Shown: positions 37,553 to 51,326, counted from the first letter of the whole stretch. The stretch: 63,060 bases of DNA, filler included, from Stramenopiles sp. TOSAG23-6 (GCA_900128565.1; 22 parts of 22 records of this genome joined end to end with filler, not necessarily neighbours in it); one strand, 5' to 3'. Numbers and translations are program-made. Notes: a model not told the origin generated them from the letters alone.

Positions 37553-37612
37553 GATTAAAAATTCTGAAAAAAAAAATGTAAAGAGTATGTATGTATAAAA
37601 ATTTAAAATTAC

Positions 37613-37702
37613 CTGTCTATACGCTGAACATAATAGTTGTGTTGATGCTAACCACCCAAGTTGAATTGTGCGTCGGTCTTCGGTGAGAAAGAACTGTGAA
37701 AA

Positions 37703-37736
<34 letters not shown>

Positions 37737-38165
37737 GGACAAAATTTTGTTTAAAAAAAAAAAAAAAAAATTTTTTTTAGTTTCAAAAAAAAAAAAAAAA
37801 AAAATCATACTAAAAAAACCTACAAAATCTCGACGTAATTTTGTTATTGTTCCTCGGGGTATGCATTCTGCATACTTTTTAAATGCTTGTTCTATACTAC
37901 ATTGAGTCTTGAAGATGTGTACAGCTAATTTTTGAACACGAAATAAAAGAAAATGTTCAAATTGAATCATAGAATTGAGTTTTCGCACAGTTGAATATAC
38001 GTTTGATATCATATTAGCAAGATCATTGATAGGATTGAATGATTGACAATATATATTTGGTTGGTCGATATCTCTTTGTATTGAATGGAGATGTTTTTCT
38101 TTTTCTATTGTTGTCGTTGTTGCTGCTGAGTTAGTGACACTATTAGTCGTATCCCAGTCAGTCAT
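37613..38165 (-). CDS. Hypothetical protein, first exons
   Basis: ATG at 38165; GT-AG intron 37694-37823 with a family-like 3' end; donor CAG|GTAATT at 37612. Confidence 0.45.
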
Positions 38166-38947
38166 TCTACCAACAGTTGTTTACTTTTTGTTTTGTATCA
38201 AATATTGTGTTGTACGACTTTTTTTTTTCTAATAAACAATGTGTGGATAAGTAAAACACGCTTGTAGAGTACGTAAATAGGTATGTAGAGATTCGAAATG
38301 TGTAGAGCAAGTAGAGAGGACTTGTAGAAAAGTAGTAAGCACGAGAACACTTTGTTTGAGGTACAATTGATAATGACAAATATTGTATTTGACTTTAATT
38401 GGCAATTTTGGTGGGTACAGCAATCACAAGTTTGATTTCAGTAGACAATGTCAATACTTGTATGATACAACACACAATTGATACACTATGACAATGGATA
38501 TTTTGATTTTGATGATATTTTTACAAATGAAAACACAATACTATAAAATGTAATGACAAATTTCTTACATTTTTTGACGTTTTTGTTGTGTTTTTTTAGA
38601 GTTTTTGAGTTTGACCTCTCTTTTTTTATACTTTGATGTGCACGAAATAATATAAGAAAAATCAAAAAAAAAGCAGCTGATTTGGAAAAACTCGCTCTCA
38701 GAAGAAGACCTTTCTTTTGGAGCGAGTTTTGCTTTCTCTCTCCTCCTTCTCTCTTTCCTTTATCTCTCAATCAAACTTTAATTGGATTCAGCTATACTCA
38801 TATATATAAATACATAAATACATAGATACATAGATACTGTATCTAGATACGTTTGAATAACTCACTTTATTACAAACATACTGTACAATGCATAAGCAAA
38901 AGTCTAACTTTCATAACGATCATGTTTTTTATAATGACAAAAAGAAA

Positions 38948-40105
38948 ATGGATTTTTTCATTCTATTCATCATTGTTGCTGTTGTGACTGCAGGTGTCTC
39001 TTTTTTCTGGTTTCTTCAAATTGTATACAAAAACTATACCAAACGAAAGGAAAACAAGAAAAAAGACAAGAATTCTTTGACAAGTCNACTNCNTCNAAAT
39101 GNAAAAAANGNAAAATACGTCAACATCTGATACCATTACTGACAAACATCAACACTTTTATTCCAATTCCAAAACAATTTCCCCGTTCCAACAACCACTA
39201 CACCAAAAAACAATACAACCTTACATTGAACACATACAACACAAAACACACAAAAAACACAAAACAACAAATGAAAATAAAACACGAATATGTACATGGT
39301 ATAAAAAGATTCAAAATATTTTGTCTAGTCGACCATTTGCAGGAAAGTTCCCAGGAAAGTTTTTTGAACGCCGTTTAATTGAACAACTTCTTATCTGTAT
39401 TTTTATTATTATAATAAGTCTACTTATTTGGTATGGTTTTCCTTGGACAGCATGTACAATCATTCTAAATGACTCGACGGATGATGATGAATCACAATCA
39501 AACTCAGGCTTCCAATGGAACCTTCAAAACATTCAAAACATTCAAAACATTGAGTGTAATGTATGTTTTTTTTTTTTTTTTAAATTTGAAATTGAATTTT
39601 TTTTTCATACGAAATTTTGTACCTAACAAAATTTTCAAAATTTTTTTGAAATATTTGTCCAAAATATATTGGTCAACTAATAAGAAATCACCAGGAACAT
39701 GGTTAACTAAAACAGGTTGTGTTTTATTACTGAGTGAAACACTTGATGAAGATACTGCGGAAAACACTTGTTTGTTTTCATTATTTAAATGATTACTTTT
39801 CATTTATATAGTTTATATATTACTTTTTTTGAAAAAAAAAAAAAAAATTCAATTTTTTTTAGAATTTTTTTTTTCGTACGTAATTTTGTACCTAACAAAT
39901 CCCATTTGAAATTTGTATACTATATTTTTACATTATATGTGAACCATTTCTGTATAGATTTACAAAATTTGGTGCTTATCTTGGTGAACTTTGTCAATTT
40001 TTAGCCGCTTCAACTTTAATTCCTTTACCAAAAAGATCATCAGTATTACGATATTTTGGTATATCATTTGAACGGGCTATCCAATGGCATCGCTTTCTTG
40101 GTAGA
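38948..40105 (+). CDS. Ferric reductase/NADPH oxidase-like membrane protein, 3'-partial
   Basis: PKRSSVLRYFGISFERAIQWHRFLGR; introns 39561-39669 and 39770-39938 (both GT...AT); Ns near 39090. Confidence 0.75.
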
Positions 40106-40363
40106 GTATGTTTTTTTTCATACATTTTTTTTTTTTTTTTTTTACTAAAAAATTTTTTTTTTTTTTTTTTTTACTAAAAAAAATTTTTTTTTTTTTTTTT
40201 TAAAATTTTTTNNNNNNNNNNNNNNNNNNNNNNNNNNNNNNNNNNNNNNNNNNNNTTAATTAATTAANNNNNNNNNNNNNNNNNNNNNNNNNNNNNNNNN
40301 NNNNNNNNNNNTGTACCTAACAAATTTTAGTTTTTTTTTTTGAAATATTTTTCCAAAATACAT

Positions 40364-42990
40364 ATTTTCCAGCAAATGACAAATTTAGCTGGAATAGGGC
40401 TTATTTTTTACATATCAAGAAATGTATTACAAACATCTTTTCATTACAAAAAATGGACAATAAAGTTATCATTTGGTTGGTGTTTGATACTATTCATCAT
40501 TCCAAAAATGTTGCAAAGTTTTTTGCGTGGATTACCACTTCTTTTCAATAATGTATGTTTTATTTTTTTTTTAATTTAGTTTTTGTTTTGTACGAAATTT
40601 CGTATCTAACAAATTTTACAAAAAAATATTTTTTCACAATACATGGTGATGAAGAGTTCTCCTCCAAAACGAAACTTGATCCACCTAGAGATTTTATCAT
40701 GGATGACTTGTTTGGTACAGTTTTAAAATCTTCTGCGCGTATGAAACAAAGACGTTTTATGCATATAATATGGTCAGTGATGTGGACAGTGAGCGCATTC
40801 ATTTTAGGCGTTTTAGTTAAATTACCTTTGCTCTTGCTTGTCGCGTTTTCGATATGTGGAGCATTATCTGCAAATGTAATGTTTAGCAAAAAGCTTTTTC
40901 ATATTTTTGTAATTGGTTGTTTTGTATCTTGTATTTCGGGATGGATTATATTTAATTATATATTTTTAATTCAANACTTTGTTTTACCTTCGGATGTACA
41001 TGTGTATCAAGTAGCTGGATTAATATGGTTGGAAATTATTATTNTTATTTCAATATTATGTATCATTATTGTACTCAAACAAAAAGAGAAGATTTCTAAT
41101 CATCGTATAGGATCCAATATTTCAAGCAATATAGGTGTTCAATATTCATCTACAAATAAAAAACTTTATACAGGACAACATGTGCAATCGCGAAATAAGA
41201 GAATAAATACTACATTTACAAAAAAAGTGAATAATCATTTAAATGATCATTTAAAAATTGGTACAGAGTCAATATTTNAAAGAATACTTGGAATACTTGT
41301 GATAGTATATTCGTTTTTGTTATTACTTTTAGAAGTATTTTTTTTATCAAATGGAACAATAGAACTTGGANAAACATATGCTGTTGCCTTTTCAATGATA
41401 TCACTATGTGCTGCTCGTGTCTTGTATTTACAAAAATTAATCACTATTCAATCAGTTTGGATCATTGTTTGTGTAGAATTTGGTAAGATCGTCATACTGA
41501 CATTAAAGTTCGATGATAAAGATAAAACTTTGTGTGCTTCGGTTTCAATAATATTACTGTTATTGTTACTATCATCTCCGCTATATTTGAAAAAAAAGGA
41601 TTTGGGACAACAACACTCTTGTATTTCAACATTATTGGTCGCAATTGTTTGCGTATACAGTAGGAAATGCATGNTTGTGTCTTTACTTACAGTATTTTTT
41701 ACACTTGTTCGGCCAAAGACAATACAAAACAATGCGAATCTAAATGTATCAGAAGCTTCTTCATGGAGTGTTGTAATTTTAATTACTACATTATACGTTT
41801 TTATTTTGAGATTGCAAAGCTCTTCACATTCTAAATATATTACACAAGTAGGTGTCATTGGCATTTTGTTTTTAGTATTGATAATACTCATTGACATATT
41901 TCAATTAAACAAATACGAAATTCCTACATGGATCATACTCATGCATGTGACATCTCTGACGTTATTGTTTGCATTAATTATGCCAAATTTTGTACCAAGG
42001 AAATTTCGATTTATTTCGGGTGGTTTCTGTAGTTGTTTTTTTGGATTGTCTGTTGTAAGAACTTTTTCAAACCCATCTACTCATACACTACTTATATGTG
42101 GTTTAATTAGTTATCTCGGNGGATGTGCTCTCATCTGTATANTTACTCTGTGGGCACTTCAAAACGAAACTAAAACATGCGAAATGAANTGTAGAAAAAA
42201 TAATGCTATCCAATCATTAAATGAAACAATAAGGCGTTCAAATGCAAAATGGGCATACAATTTGTATGTTACTATACTACTATTAGCTATTTTTGATTTG
42301 GGAATNTACATGTTTTCTGAGTGGCGCCAACTCGAATCAGGGAAAGCTTTTTTACTTTCTCCCCCCAATACGCTCTATTGGATAATTCTTTGTATTAGTC
42401 TATGTATTGCTGTAGTATCAAAAGTATCAGGTAATGAAATGACTGATTCCTACGTATCATCTACAAATATAAAACTTCATCAAAGTCATTATGGACATNA
42501 TTTNAGAGATCGATTGCGATCAGTTTCGATGAATGTATGTTTTATTTTTTTNCAAATTCGAATTTGTTTTTCGTACGAAATTTTGTACGTAACGATTTTT
42601 TCTTGAAATATTTTTCCAAAATACATGGAACTGGATATATTCAAGTTGGAGATATTGGTAATATTTCTACATTCGTCTCTTGGAGTCTTTTAGTGTCCTG
42701 GAGCTTGAGTCTTCCTTGCAAACATTTCTTTGAAGTTTTGTTTTCTGAAAAATATGTAGAAAAGTCTTGGATATTATATGTATTATATTCTTTTGGATGT
42801 CATACCGAGTCATTTCAACTTGTTTTGAGCATATGTTTATCAGCATCATGTTTACTTTTATTGCATCCCAGTTGTAGGAAGAGAACTTTATACTGGGCAA
42901 GTGATAAACTTAAACAATATATACCAATACAAATAGCCATTATTATACCCCTTATAATATCATGTACAAAAAGCTTGATTTCGAATATAT
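40364..42990 (+). CDS. Large multi-pass membrane protein, partial
   Basis: Many hydrophobic helices; frame kept across GT...AT introns 40553-40644 and 42535-42626; bounded by partial family introns. Confidence 0.75.
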
Positions 42991-43173
42991 GTACGTTTTA
43001 TTTTTTTTTTCAAATTCGATTTTTTTTTCGTACGAAATTTTGTACCTAACGATTTTTTTTTGAAATATTTTNNNNNNNNNNNNNNNNNNNNNNNNNNNNN
43101 NNNNNNNNNNNNNNNTTAATTAATTAANNNNNNNNNNNNNNNNNNNNNNNNNNNNNNNNNNNNNNNNNNNNTT

Positions 43174-45931
43174 GATGATTCAAATTATGATGATTCAGGG
43201 CCGGATGGTGAACCTGGGCCCGATGGTGAACCTATCCCAGGAATTGATGATGATTCAAATTATGATGATGAAGTTCCTGATGGTGAACCTATACCAGATG
43301 AAGTTGATGATGATTCAAATTATGATGATTCAGGGCCGGATGGTGAACCTATACCAGGAATTGATGATTCAAATTATGATGAAGGACATGGACCCGATGG
43401 TGAACCTATCCCAGGAATTGATGATTCAAATTATGATGATGAAGGACAAGATTTTGGACCTATTCCAGCAGTTGATGATTCAGATTACGATGATCAAGAA
43501 CCTGATGATGAACCTATTGGAGAAGAATTGATTGACCACGGAGAAGAACTGATTGTTGATGATGAAGAGTATAATGATGGTGATGGATATGACTCTGAAG
43601 AAGAAGATGATCCTGGATATGATATTATTGATAATGTTGCTGAATCTGTGCTAGGACCGTTAGAATCTATAGCCACAGAAGAAGCAAATGTACAAAAAGA
43701 TACAACTGTTCAAGCAACCGCGCATAAGAAGAAGGCCATTGATGAGAAATCGGTCAAAGCAACTGCGCGTAAAAATGCTGCTGATCAAAAGTCGGCCAAC
43801 GCAACTGCACGTAAAAAAGCTGCCGATGATGAAGTGACGAAAAAGGCAAGTACTAAAAAAAAAGCCGAAGCAGTTGCAATGAAAGCAGTGACTGAAAAAA
43901 AAGCAGCTGATAAAAAAGCGGCCATAAAAGCTGCTGAAAAAAAAGCCGCTGATAAAAAAGCGGCTAAAAAATCGGCTGATAAAAATGCAATTCAGAAAGC
44001 TGTTCGAGCAACAAAAGAAAAAATAATCGCCGATAAAAAAGCGACTAAAAAAGCAGCAGTTGAAAAACAAGCGATTACTATTGCAAAGAAAGCGATAGCA
44101 GATAAAAAGGTAGCGGATAAGAATGCTGCTGTAAATGCGACAAAAGCGCAGCATGCTCAAATGGCAAAAGTTGTGGCTAATCAAGTAGTGAAGCAATTGT
44201 CGCGTCAACAGGCAGCAGCAGATGTAGCTTTGAAAAAGGTACTTAAGGAAAAAGATAAAATTGCGAAAAATGCAGCTGAAGAAAAAGCCTCTAAAGCAGC
44301 AGCAGACATGAAAATTGCGAAAGAAGCAGCTCAAGAAAAAGTCCGTAAAGCAGCAAGTAAAGCAAAAGAAGAAGAATCTGGTGGTTTTATGGATTATGTC
44401 TTTGGGACTGACGAAGAAGGAACACAAAATCAAAATCGGCGACAAATGCAACAACAACAGCAATCTGTAGTCTTTGCAAACGCTGTATCGAAAGATATCA
44501 AAGAAATCAAAGCACGGCTAGAATCTTTGGAACTTGGTGGGAAAGAAGAAATCTCAAAGCTTGATACTGTATCGAACAAGTTTACATCTTTTGCAGAGAG
44601 CATAGCGAAAGCGTTAGATGAAGCTCGGGAAAGTGCAACCAACCGTTGGAAAAAAATGAAAAAGGGTTTTAGAAAACGTCATGATGACATGAAAAAATTG
44701 CAAGCAACTCAAAGTAAAGAAATACATGCTTTACAAAATCAAAAAGAGAAACTTCTGCATAGTATCAAAACTCTAAGTTCGTCTTTAGAGCTCAGCTTTA
44801 AACATATAACAAAGAATTTCAAAGAAGAGAACAATATGGAATCAAATATTCGAAAATCTTTATCAGAATTAAAAGCAGAATTTGAAAAAATGCGTGAAGC
44901 TCTCAAAAACAACATGGCAAATAATGGTAAAATGTTTCAACATCTTAACGAAGCTGTTGGCCATATTAAACATGCTTATAAAACCACTTTGAAACATTGG
45001 AAAAAAGACGCTTTGGACAAAACTGCACTAACAAAACAAATAAATGTCATGGTTCATATGGCACATGAAATCCGTAAAACACTTTCACGACAACAGAAAC
45101 AACTGCAGCAGGAGAAGCAAATCCAACATAAACAACAGAAGAAAATACAGCAACAGAATGAAAGAATGTTACGTCGGCCAAGGAGAGTAGCAGCAAAAGA
45201 ACGAACAAAACCACAAACGCCTTTGCTATTACCAAAAGTAATCAAACCAGAAGTAATAAAAGCAACTACCGAGAAAGAAACAGCAGCAAAACCAAAAGAA
45301 GAAGTAAAAGCAACTACTGATACAGATGCAGCAGCAATACCAAAAGAAGGAGTGTCATTACCGCAAGCAGTCAAACCAGAAAAAGTAAAAGCAACTACTG
45401 ATACAGATGCAGCTGCTACATCCGAAAAAGAAGTAAAATCAACTACTGATACAGATGCAGCTGCTACATCCGAAAAAGAAGTAAAAGCAACTACTGATAC
45501 AGATGCAGCAGCAACACCAAAAGAAGAAGTAAAAGCGTCTACTGATAATTCTGCAGTTACTACACCAAAGGAAGTAGTAAAAGCAATAAATGATGCAGCT
45601 GATACATCGGAAAAAGAAGTAAAAGCAACTACTGATACAGATGCAGCAGCAACACCAAAGGAAGAAGTAAAAGGCGCTACTGATAATTCTGCAGTTACTA
45701 CACCAAAAGAAGAAGTAAAAGCAATAAATGATGTAGCTGATACATCGGAAAAAGAAGTAAAAGCAACTACTGATAATTCTGCAGTTACTACACCAAAGGA
45801 AGAAGTAAAAGCAACTACTGAGAAAGATACAGCAGCAACAGCAAAAGAAGGAGTGCCATTCCCGGAAGTCAAACCTAAAGAAGTAAAAGCAACTACTGAT
45901 ACAGATGCAGCAGCAACACCAAAGGAAGAAG
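43174..45931 (+). CDS. Low-complexity protein: acidic DDSNYDD/GPDGEP repeats, K/A-rich coiled coil, KEEVKATTDT repeats; partial
   Basis: One open frame across the whole contig, in frame with ORF 43528. Confidence 0.8.
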
Positions 45932-46219
45932 NNNNNNNNNNNNNNNNNNNNNNNNNNNNNNNNNNNNNNNNNNNNTTAATTAATTAANNNNNNNNNNNNN
46001 NNNNNNNNNNNNNNNNNNNNNNNNNNNNNNNACGCGTTCACTGCTCATGTACATTTTCATTATGAATTTCAATTGTTTTTTTTTTTTTAAGAATTTTGTA
46101 CCTAATATTTTGTTTTTAGTGTTCGTTTTCATTCATTTCAAATGTATTTTTTCCATACAAATTCCTAATTTTGTACCATACCTAACATTATTGTTTTGAA
46201 ATATGTTTTCACAATACAT

Positions 46220-46965
46220 GGGCGAGCCAAAGGTTATTTGAATAAATCTGAACAGCCTCGACTTTCAGAAGAAGAGTTTAGAGATGTTGTTGACCGTGCG
46301 GCTCGTAGAGCTCAGGACAAAGAAGGTCAATATTTACAGGCAATTTCATTATATATTCGTACCGATGAGTATCAACATGTAGTGACAATTTTAAATAGGC
46401 AACTTGGCCGTGTTGTTGTCCTGCTCCAAAATCAGCTACTGCAACTGGTCAATTGGCAAGCAAAGCTCAGCTTAGAAAAACTGTGCGGAAGTGTGCTGAA
46501 GAGTTTGTCATGGCTCACGTTCAAAATGATCCTCAAGTTCAAGACCGGATTGGATGGCAAGAAGGTAGAGGAAGTAGTTCTCGCGCAGGTCATACATTGC
46601 AGCAATTGTTATTTACGCTTATGCCATTCTTTGATTTGTGTCTTGAAAATAAGTGGCTTGCCGCTCTTCGTATATTACAGCCACTTGAACTTTTACCTTT
46701 ATCAGAGAATGATCTCAGTAGATGCGTAGAAAAATTTCAGCACGCAGATGAATCAATTCGCCGCAATATTCACCATGTTATGTTAGCTAAAATGGAGGCA
46801 TTATACAGTTTACATCAACAGGCAAAGCGTGGAAGTCATAGTGCATCCACTCCTGTATCTTTGGATAGTAGTACTAGTGCACCCACTCAATTGAGTGCTA
46901 TTCAAACCTCAATGGTACCTGATAATGTCAGGGCCCAACTTTTCCGAATGCAAGTGGACCTATAA
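46220..46965 (+). CDS. NUP93: Nucleoporin Nup93/Nic96 C-terminus, frameshifted
   Basis: QAISLY...VVTILNRQLG...FFDL...ALRILQPLELLP...VEKFQHADESIRRNI; 1-nt shift near 46418; preceded by intron 46049-46219. Confidence 0.7.
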
Positions 46966-47226
46966 AGGTGGCCAAGAATTTATAAATGGACTATGGAGAT
47001 ATATAAGTAATAATAATACTTTTTTGATGTATCTGGTAAGTAATAATAATACTTTTTTGATGTATCTGGCTGTACAAGGAAAATGACATTGGATAGAGTT
47101 GTTTTGCAAGATATGTTCTATGTTAATGTATATTTAAACTTGAATAAAGAGGTAATACAAGTTTATAATCATTGCAAACATAGCGTAAAGCTAAAGCAGT
47201 ATTTAGGAATTTTTGAATACATTTAA

Positions 47227-47655
47227 CTAAGCAATCCACTTGTGACCACAATTTCGGCATACACTCACAACTTTCATCGTATCGTCATGTGTCATAAAAA
47301 AAACAGCTTCGGTACCACCACACTTTTCGCAATCTGCTGAACCAGTGCGCTGTAGAGTAACATCATTGATACAATCTTGGCGGACCTGGGACAACTTCAT
47401 AGTACTATCTTTGATAAGTTCATTTCGGTATACGCACGAAGAGTTAGACTCCGTTTTATGCCCACAATTACGGCACGCCAACAAAAGTTTCTTTCGCGCA
47501 CGATCTTCTAATGGATACAACATATTTGCACACATTGTACAAAAGTGGATACTCACTGCGTTTCTTTCTCCAGCGACCTCCTCTATTCTATCAAATTGGT
47601 TTTGCCCTGCAGGTTCTTCGTCGGAGCCAAAGTCAGGCATCTCCGCATCAGACAT
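47227..47655 (-). CDS. RPB9: RNA polymerase II subunit RPB9
   Basis: FCTMCANMLYP...ACRNC and CEKC...EAVFF...VCRNCGHKW zinc ribbons. Confidence 0.93.
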   Translation of the reverse strand: MSDAEMPDFGSDEEPAGQNQFDRIEEVAGERNAVSIHFCTMCANMLYPLEDRARKKLLLACRNCGHKTESNSSCVYRNELIKDSTMKLSQVRQDCINDVTLQRTGSADCEKCGGTEAVFFMTHDDTMKVVSVCRNCGHKWIA

Positions 47656-48041
47656 GATGGAGCAATAAAGCTATCTATGTTATACAATACCCTAAAGTGA
47701 ACACAATGAGTTAGCGATGCTAGAGTATATCCCACACTTAATGATGCAACTTGGAGATGAATTTTACTCAAATATTATGTTGCACCACAAGCAATTGCGG
47801 GTGTTGTTTCAGTATGCTTGACATAATTCAATTTCGCGATGCCGCGCGAGGTCGATTTTGACAAACCTGCTTCACACGGAGATTTTTGTGAACTGACTCG
47901 TGTGAGTTAGTATTTATATCAATTTGCCTCAGACTTCTGTATTCGATAGTACAAAAACCTTGACAAAACAATCACAATTCGTTTGATAATTTGTATTATG
48001 CTTTAAAATAATAGTATGGTGTTCTGATTAAATAGATTACA

Positions 48042-48739
48042 ATGAAACCAGTACAGATGCTTGCCAGAAGTCATCGCTTGTCGGTTGCACCAATGATGGA
48101 TTGGACAGATCGACATTTTCGCACGCTTATGCGACTACTTTCTCCAAATGCGATGCTATACACCGAGATGCACGTCGCACAAATGCTCAAGCACGCATCC
48201 CAAGATAAAATACACCGGGCACTGTTTTTTGATCGTCATTGGGAAGACAAAGTAACTGTACAGCTTGGTGGAAGTGATCCAGAACTTCTGGCACATTCTG
48301 CTATATTATGCGAACAATTTGGTTACGACGAAATTAATATAAACGTTGGTTGTCCTTCTGCTAAAGTTGCTGGAGCAGGTCGATTTGGTGCTTCATTGAT
48401 GTATGATCCAACAATGGTGTTGCGTATTTGTGATGCTGTGAGCAACGCAGTTGGGGGAAGGCTTCCTGTATCAGTAAAATGTAGAATTGGCGTTGTCGAA
48501 AGTACCGCAGATTTATTCGATTCAACCAAAACTTGTAGTAGTGTCGTCGATAGTCTTGAATATGAATCTTTATGTCATTTTGTTGAGAGTGTTTCAAAAT
48601 CAAATGTAGTTGACCATTTTATTGTTCATGCACGTAATGCTGTGTTGGGTGGAATTGGTAAGAGAATATTCTCAACAAGTGACAATAGAAAAATTCCGCC
48701 ACTAAAGCACCACTTAGTGACGAAATTAGCTCGCGAAAT
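48042..48739 (+). CDS. dusA: tRNA-dihydrouridine synthase, DusA-like, first exon
   Basis: SVAPMMDWTDRHFR, LYTEM, QLGGSDP, ININVGCPS, VSVKCRIG, FIVHAR, IPPL. Confidence 0.92.
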
Positions 48740-48976
48740 GTATGTTTTATTTTTTTTCAAATTCGAATTTTTTTTCGTACGAAATTTTGTNNNNNNNNNN
48801 NNNNNNNNNNNNNNNNNNNNNNNNNNNNNNNNNNTTAATTAATTAANNNNNNNNNNNNNNNNNNNNNNNNNNNNNNNNNNNNNNNNNNNNAGTATCTTTG
48901 TTATAATTAACGATTTGATATTCATGAATAAATGATGGGGTCTTAAATATATTCTACTTTCAAGAGAGAATTCTTG

Positions 48977-50209
48977 ATGTCAACGCTTCCATTTATTAAC
49001 GTAAAGCAAGCAACCTCTGGACAGGAGAAAGATAAAGCAAGCGTATTTGGTAAAGGTTCATTAAATTTGGCTAGACAGATTTCCTTGTCCTCGACATTGC
49101 CCTCAATATCTGGAATCAAAGGGGTAGAAACACGAAGCAAAACACGATTTAAAACAATCAACTCTAAGAGTATCCCATCGCTTGACTCTGCAGACTCGAC
49201 CTCAGATTCAGATGCAGGCCCGGTTGCACCACTGCCAAAGAAAACGAAAGTCAAACAAATAGAGGCAATGGGCAAGTTAAATAGTCCAGTGAACCTCAAA
49301 GATAAAGCTATAGAAAATAAAACGATGCATAATATGACATCTAAATTACTCGGAGGCACAAATAAGACTTCAGCTGCTGCGGAAATATACCGAATGAAGC
49401 AAAAGTTTAAAGACAAGAAAAAATTTGGAAATACTAATATATCACGTATTGAAGAACGTTTGAAGGAAGATCCATGTAATGCAAATATTATGTTCGAACT
49501 TGGAAGCGCATTGAGTAAAACAAAACACTTAAAAAGATCATTGTCACTACTAGAAAAAGCTCAAGAATTATCTACAAATGTTAATTATAACTCAGAAACA
49601 ATTCTTGAACCACTAGATTTATGGTATACTCTAGGGGAAGTTCGTCAGACTCTCTGGAGAAGAGGCGGTCACGTAGATCTGGAGTTATTAAAAAAATGTG
49701 CTGATGCATTTCGCCATGCATTAGAAGACGGTGATCGATATTCACAGAACCCAGGGCTACTGATTAAACTTCATCATGCATATAAAAATATGGGGGATAT
49801 GGAAAGTGCCCTGAGAATATTAAATCGGCTATTTGAAAGCTGTCCTGGATGTATGCAAATCAATGCATGCTTAATCTCCGGAGCATCAATTTATAAGAAA
49901 ATAGGAAAATTAGATTTAGCAATTGCGTCAATTACACAAGAAGTTATTGAGAAACCCCCAAGAGGATTTAAACCTTGGCACATTACATTTACTTTAGCAA
50001 AACTAGAAGCAGAATCGAAAGAAAAATTATTAGCAGAAGCAAAATTAAAGGCACAAATAAAATTAGCAGCAAATAATTTAAAAATTAGTGAAGATAACAT
50101 TATAGATAGTGATGTATCTTATACAAGCAGCAGCAGCGACTCAAGCAGCAGCGACTCAAGCAGCAGCGACTCAAGCAGCAGCGATGAGGATGGCACAATT
50201 AAACTCTGA
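48977..50209 (+). CDS. TPR-like helical repeat protein with a Ser-rich tail
   Basis: FELGSAL...LLEKA, WYTLGEV, HAYKNMGDMESAL; (SSSD)n tail. Confidence 0.65.
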   Translation: MSTLPFINVKQATSGQEKDKASVFGKGSLNLARQISLSSTLPSISGIKGVETRSKTRFKTINSKSIPSLDSADSTSDSDAGPVAPLPKKTKVKQIEAMGKLNSPVNLKDKAIENKTMHNMTSKLLGGTNKTSAAAEIYRMKQKFKDKKKFGNTNISRIEERLKEDPCNANIMFELGSALSKTKHLKRSLSLLEKAQELSTNVNYNSETILEPLDLWYTLGEVRQTLWRRGGHVDLELLKKCADAFRHALEDGDRYSQNPGLLIKLHHAYKNMGDMESALRILNRLFESCPGCMQINACLISGASIYKKIGKLDLAIASITQEVIEKPPRGFKPWHITFTLAKLEAESKEKLLAEAKLKAQIKLAANNLKISEDNIIDSDVSYTSSSSDSSSSDSSSSDSSSSDEDGTIKL

Positions 50210-50481
50210 ATAAATAAATTTAATGACAAAAAATTTGATCATTGTCTACTATTTACTAGTACATTTTTTTTTTCGTATTGGCATACTATATATATATAGT
50301 AGTGTTAAGGGACTGTCCATCAATGACGTCAATTTTTTATATATTATAATATAATATTATAAAGGCCGGTCACAAAGCCGGTATTGCCGGTCATCGAGCT
50401 ATCATGAAAAAAAAAATGAATCACGAATCTCTATTCTTTTTCATTTCAATATCATTGTTTGGTTTCGAGTAATATTCTCGC

Positions 50482-51297
50482 ATGGGTGTTGGACCATCAA
50501 GTCAGTATGTCAAACCTTCGCCATCCATGGCTGAGGCTGAGCTAGCAATCAAGTTGTCTTCTGCCGAACGTCGAAAGCTTGCTCAGCTTGACGAACGGAC
50601 TCTTCGTGATGCATATCGAGGACTTAAGGTAGTAAAAGAAGTTTCAGTAAAAGGCCCTGAAGGGCGTCTAGATAAGGTACAATTTAATGAGGCCCTTTGT
50701 GTATTTACTGCTTTTGGTATACCATCTTTTAGAAGCACACCATTAGGTCGCCGCCTTTTTGATCTATGGGATTTGTGTGGCTCAGGAAGTATCGGGGAAG
50801 ATGAGTTTGTTGGTGGTTTAATTGTATTGTGCTCCGGTACTAAGCAACAGAAATGCGACATGACTTTCAGCTGTTATGACCTTGATGGAGATGGGTTTGT
50901 ATCTAGAGATGAATTTATAAGCATAGTTACTTTAAGCTGGTTAGCTGCTTTTCGTTCGTTGTCTGAATCTGTTTTAGAGGCAGTCAATCGGCGCCAAAGT
51001 AGCATTGGCATTTCTTCTGGTGTTTTCGGAGTGTGTGATCCATCTGATCCAGATGCATGGCACAGTCGTGTACGCGCATTTGCTGAGAGTGGTATAGGTA
51101 GATTGCGAATTCAGTGCAATGATGAATTTGATAGATTAGACAAAAAATTCCAAAATAAATTAGACCGAGAAGCATTTCAAGATTGGGCATGTGAAGAGCG
51201 TACTGTCACCTCTAGAATTAATGGTTATGCCGACCATACTGTTTATTTAACATTTACATCGAACTCGAAAGAAGGGTCTACTTATGCAACTATTTAA
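50482..51297 (+). CDS. EF-hand calcium sensor (calcineurin B/NCS-like)
   Basis: N-terminal MG, RLFDLWDLCGSGSI, FSCYDLDGDGFVSRDEF. Confidence 0.85.
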   Translation: MGVGPSSQYVKPSPSMAEAELAIKLSSAERRKLAQLDERTLRDAYRGLKVVKEVSVKGPEGRLDKVQFNEALCVFTAFGIPSFRSTPLGRRLFDLWDLCGSGSIGEDEFVGGLIVLCSGTKQQKCDMTFSCYDLDGDGFVSRDEFISIVTLSWLAAFRSLSESVLEAVNRRQSSIGISSGVFGVCDPSDPDAWHSRVRAFAESGIGRLRIQCNDEFDRLDKKFQNKLDREAFQDWACEERTVTSRINGYADHTVYLTFTSNSKEGSTYATI

Positions 51298-51326
51298 GCA
51301 TTTATTTCAATTAAATTAAATGAAAG

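Noticed and set aside
43172-43531. Met-rich 119-aa ORF
   Set aside because: It is an off-frame reading of the acidic repeat; the frame starting at 43174 is continuous with the downstream ORF
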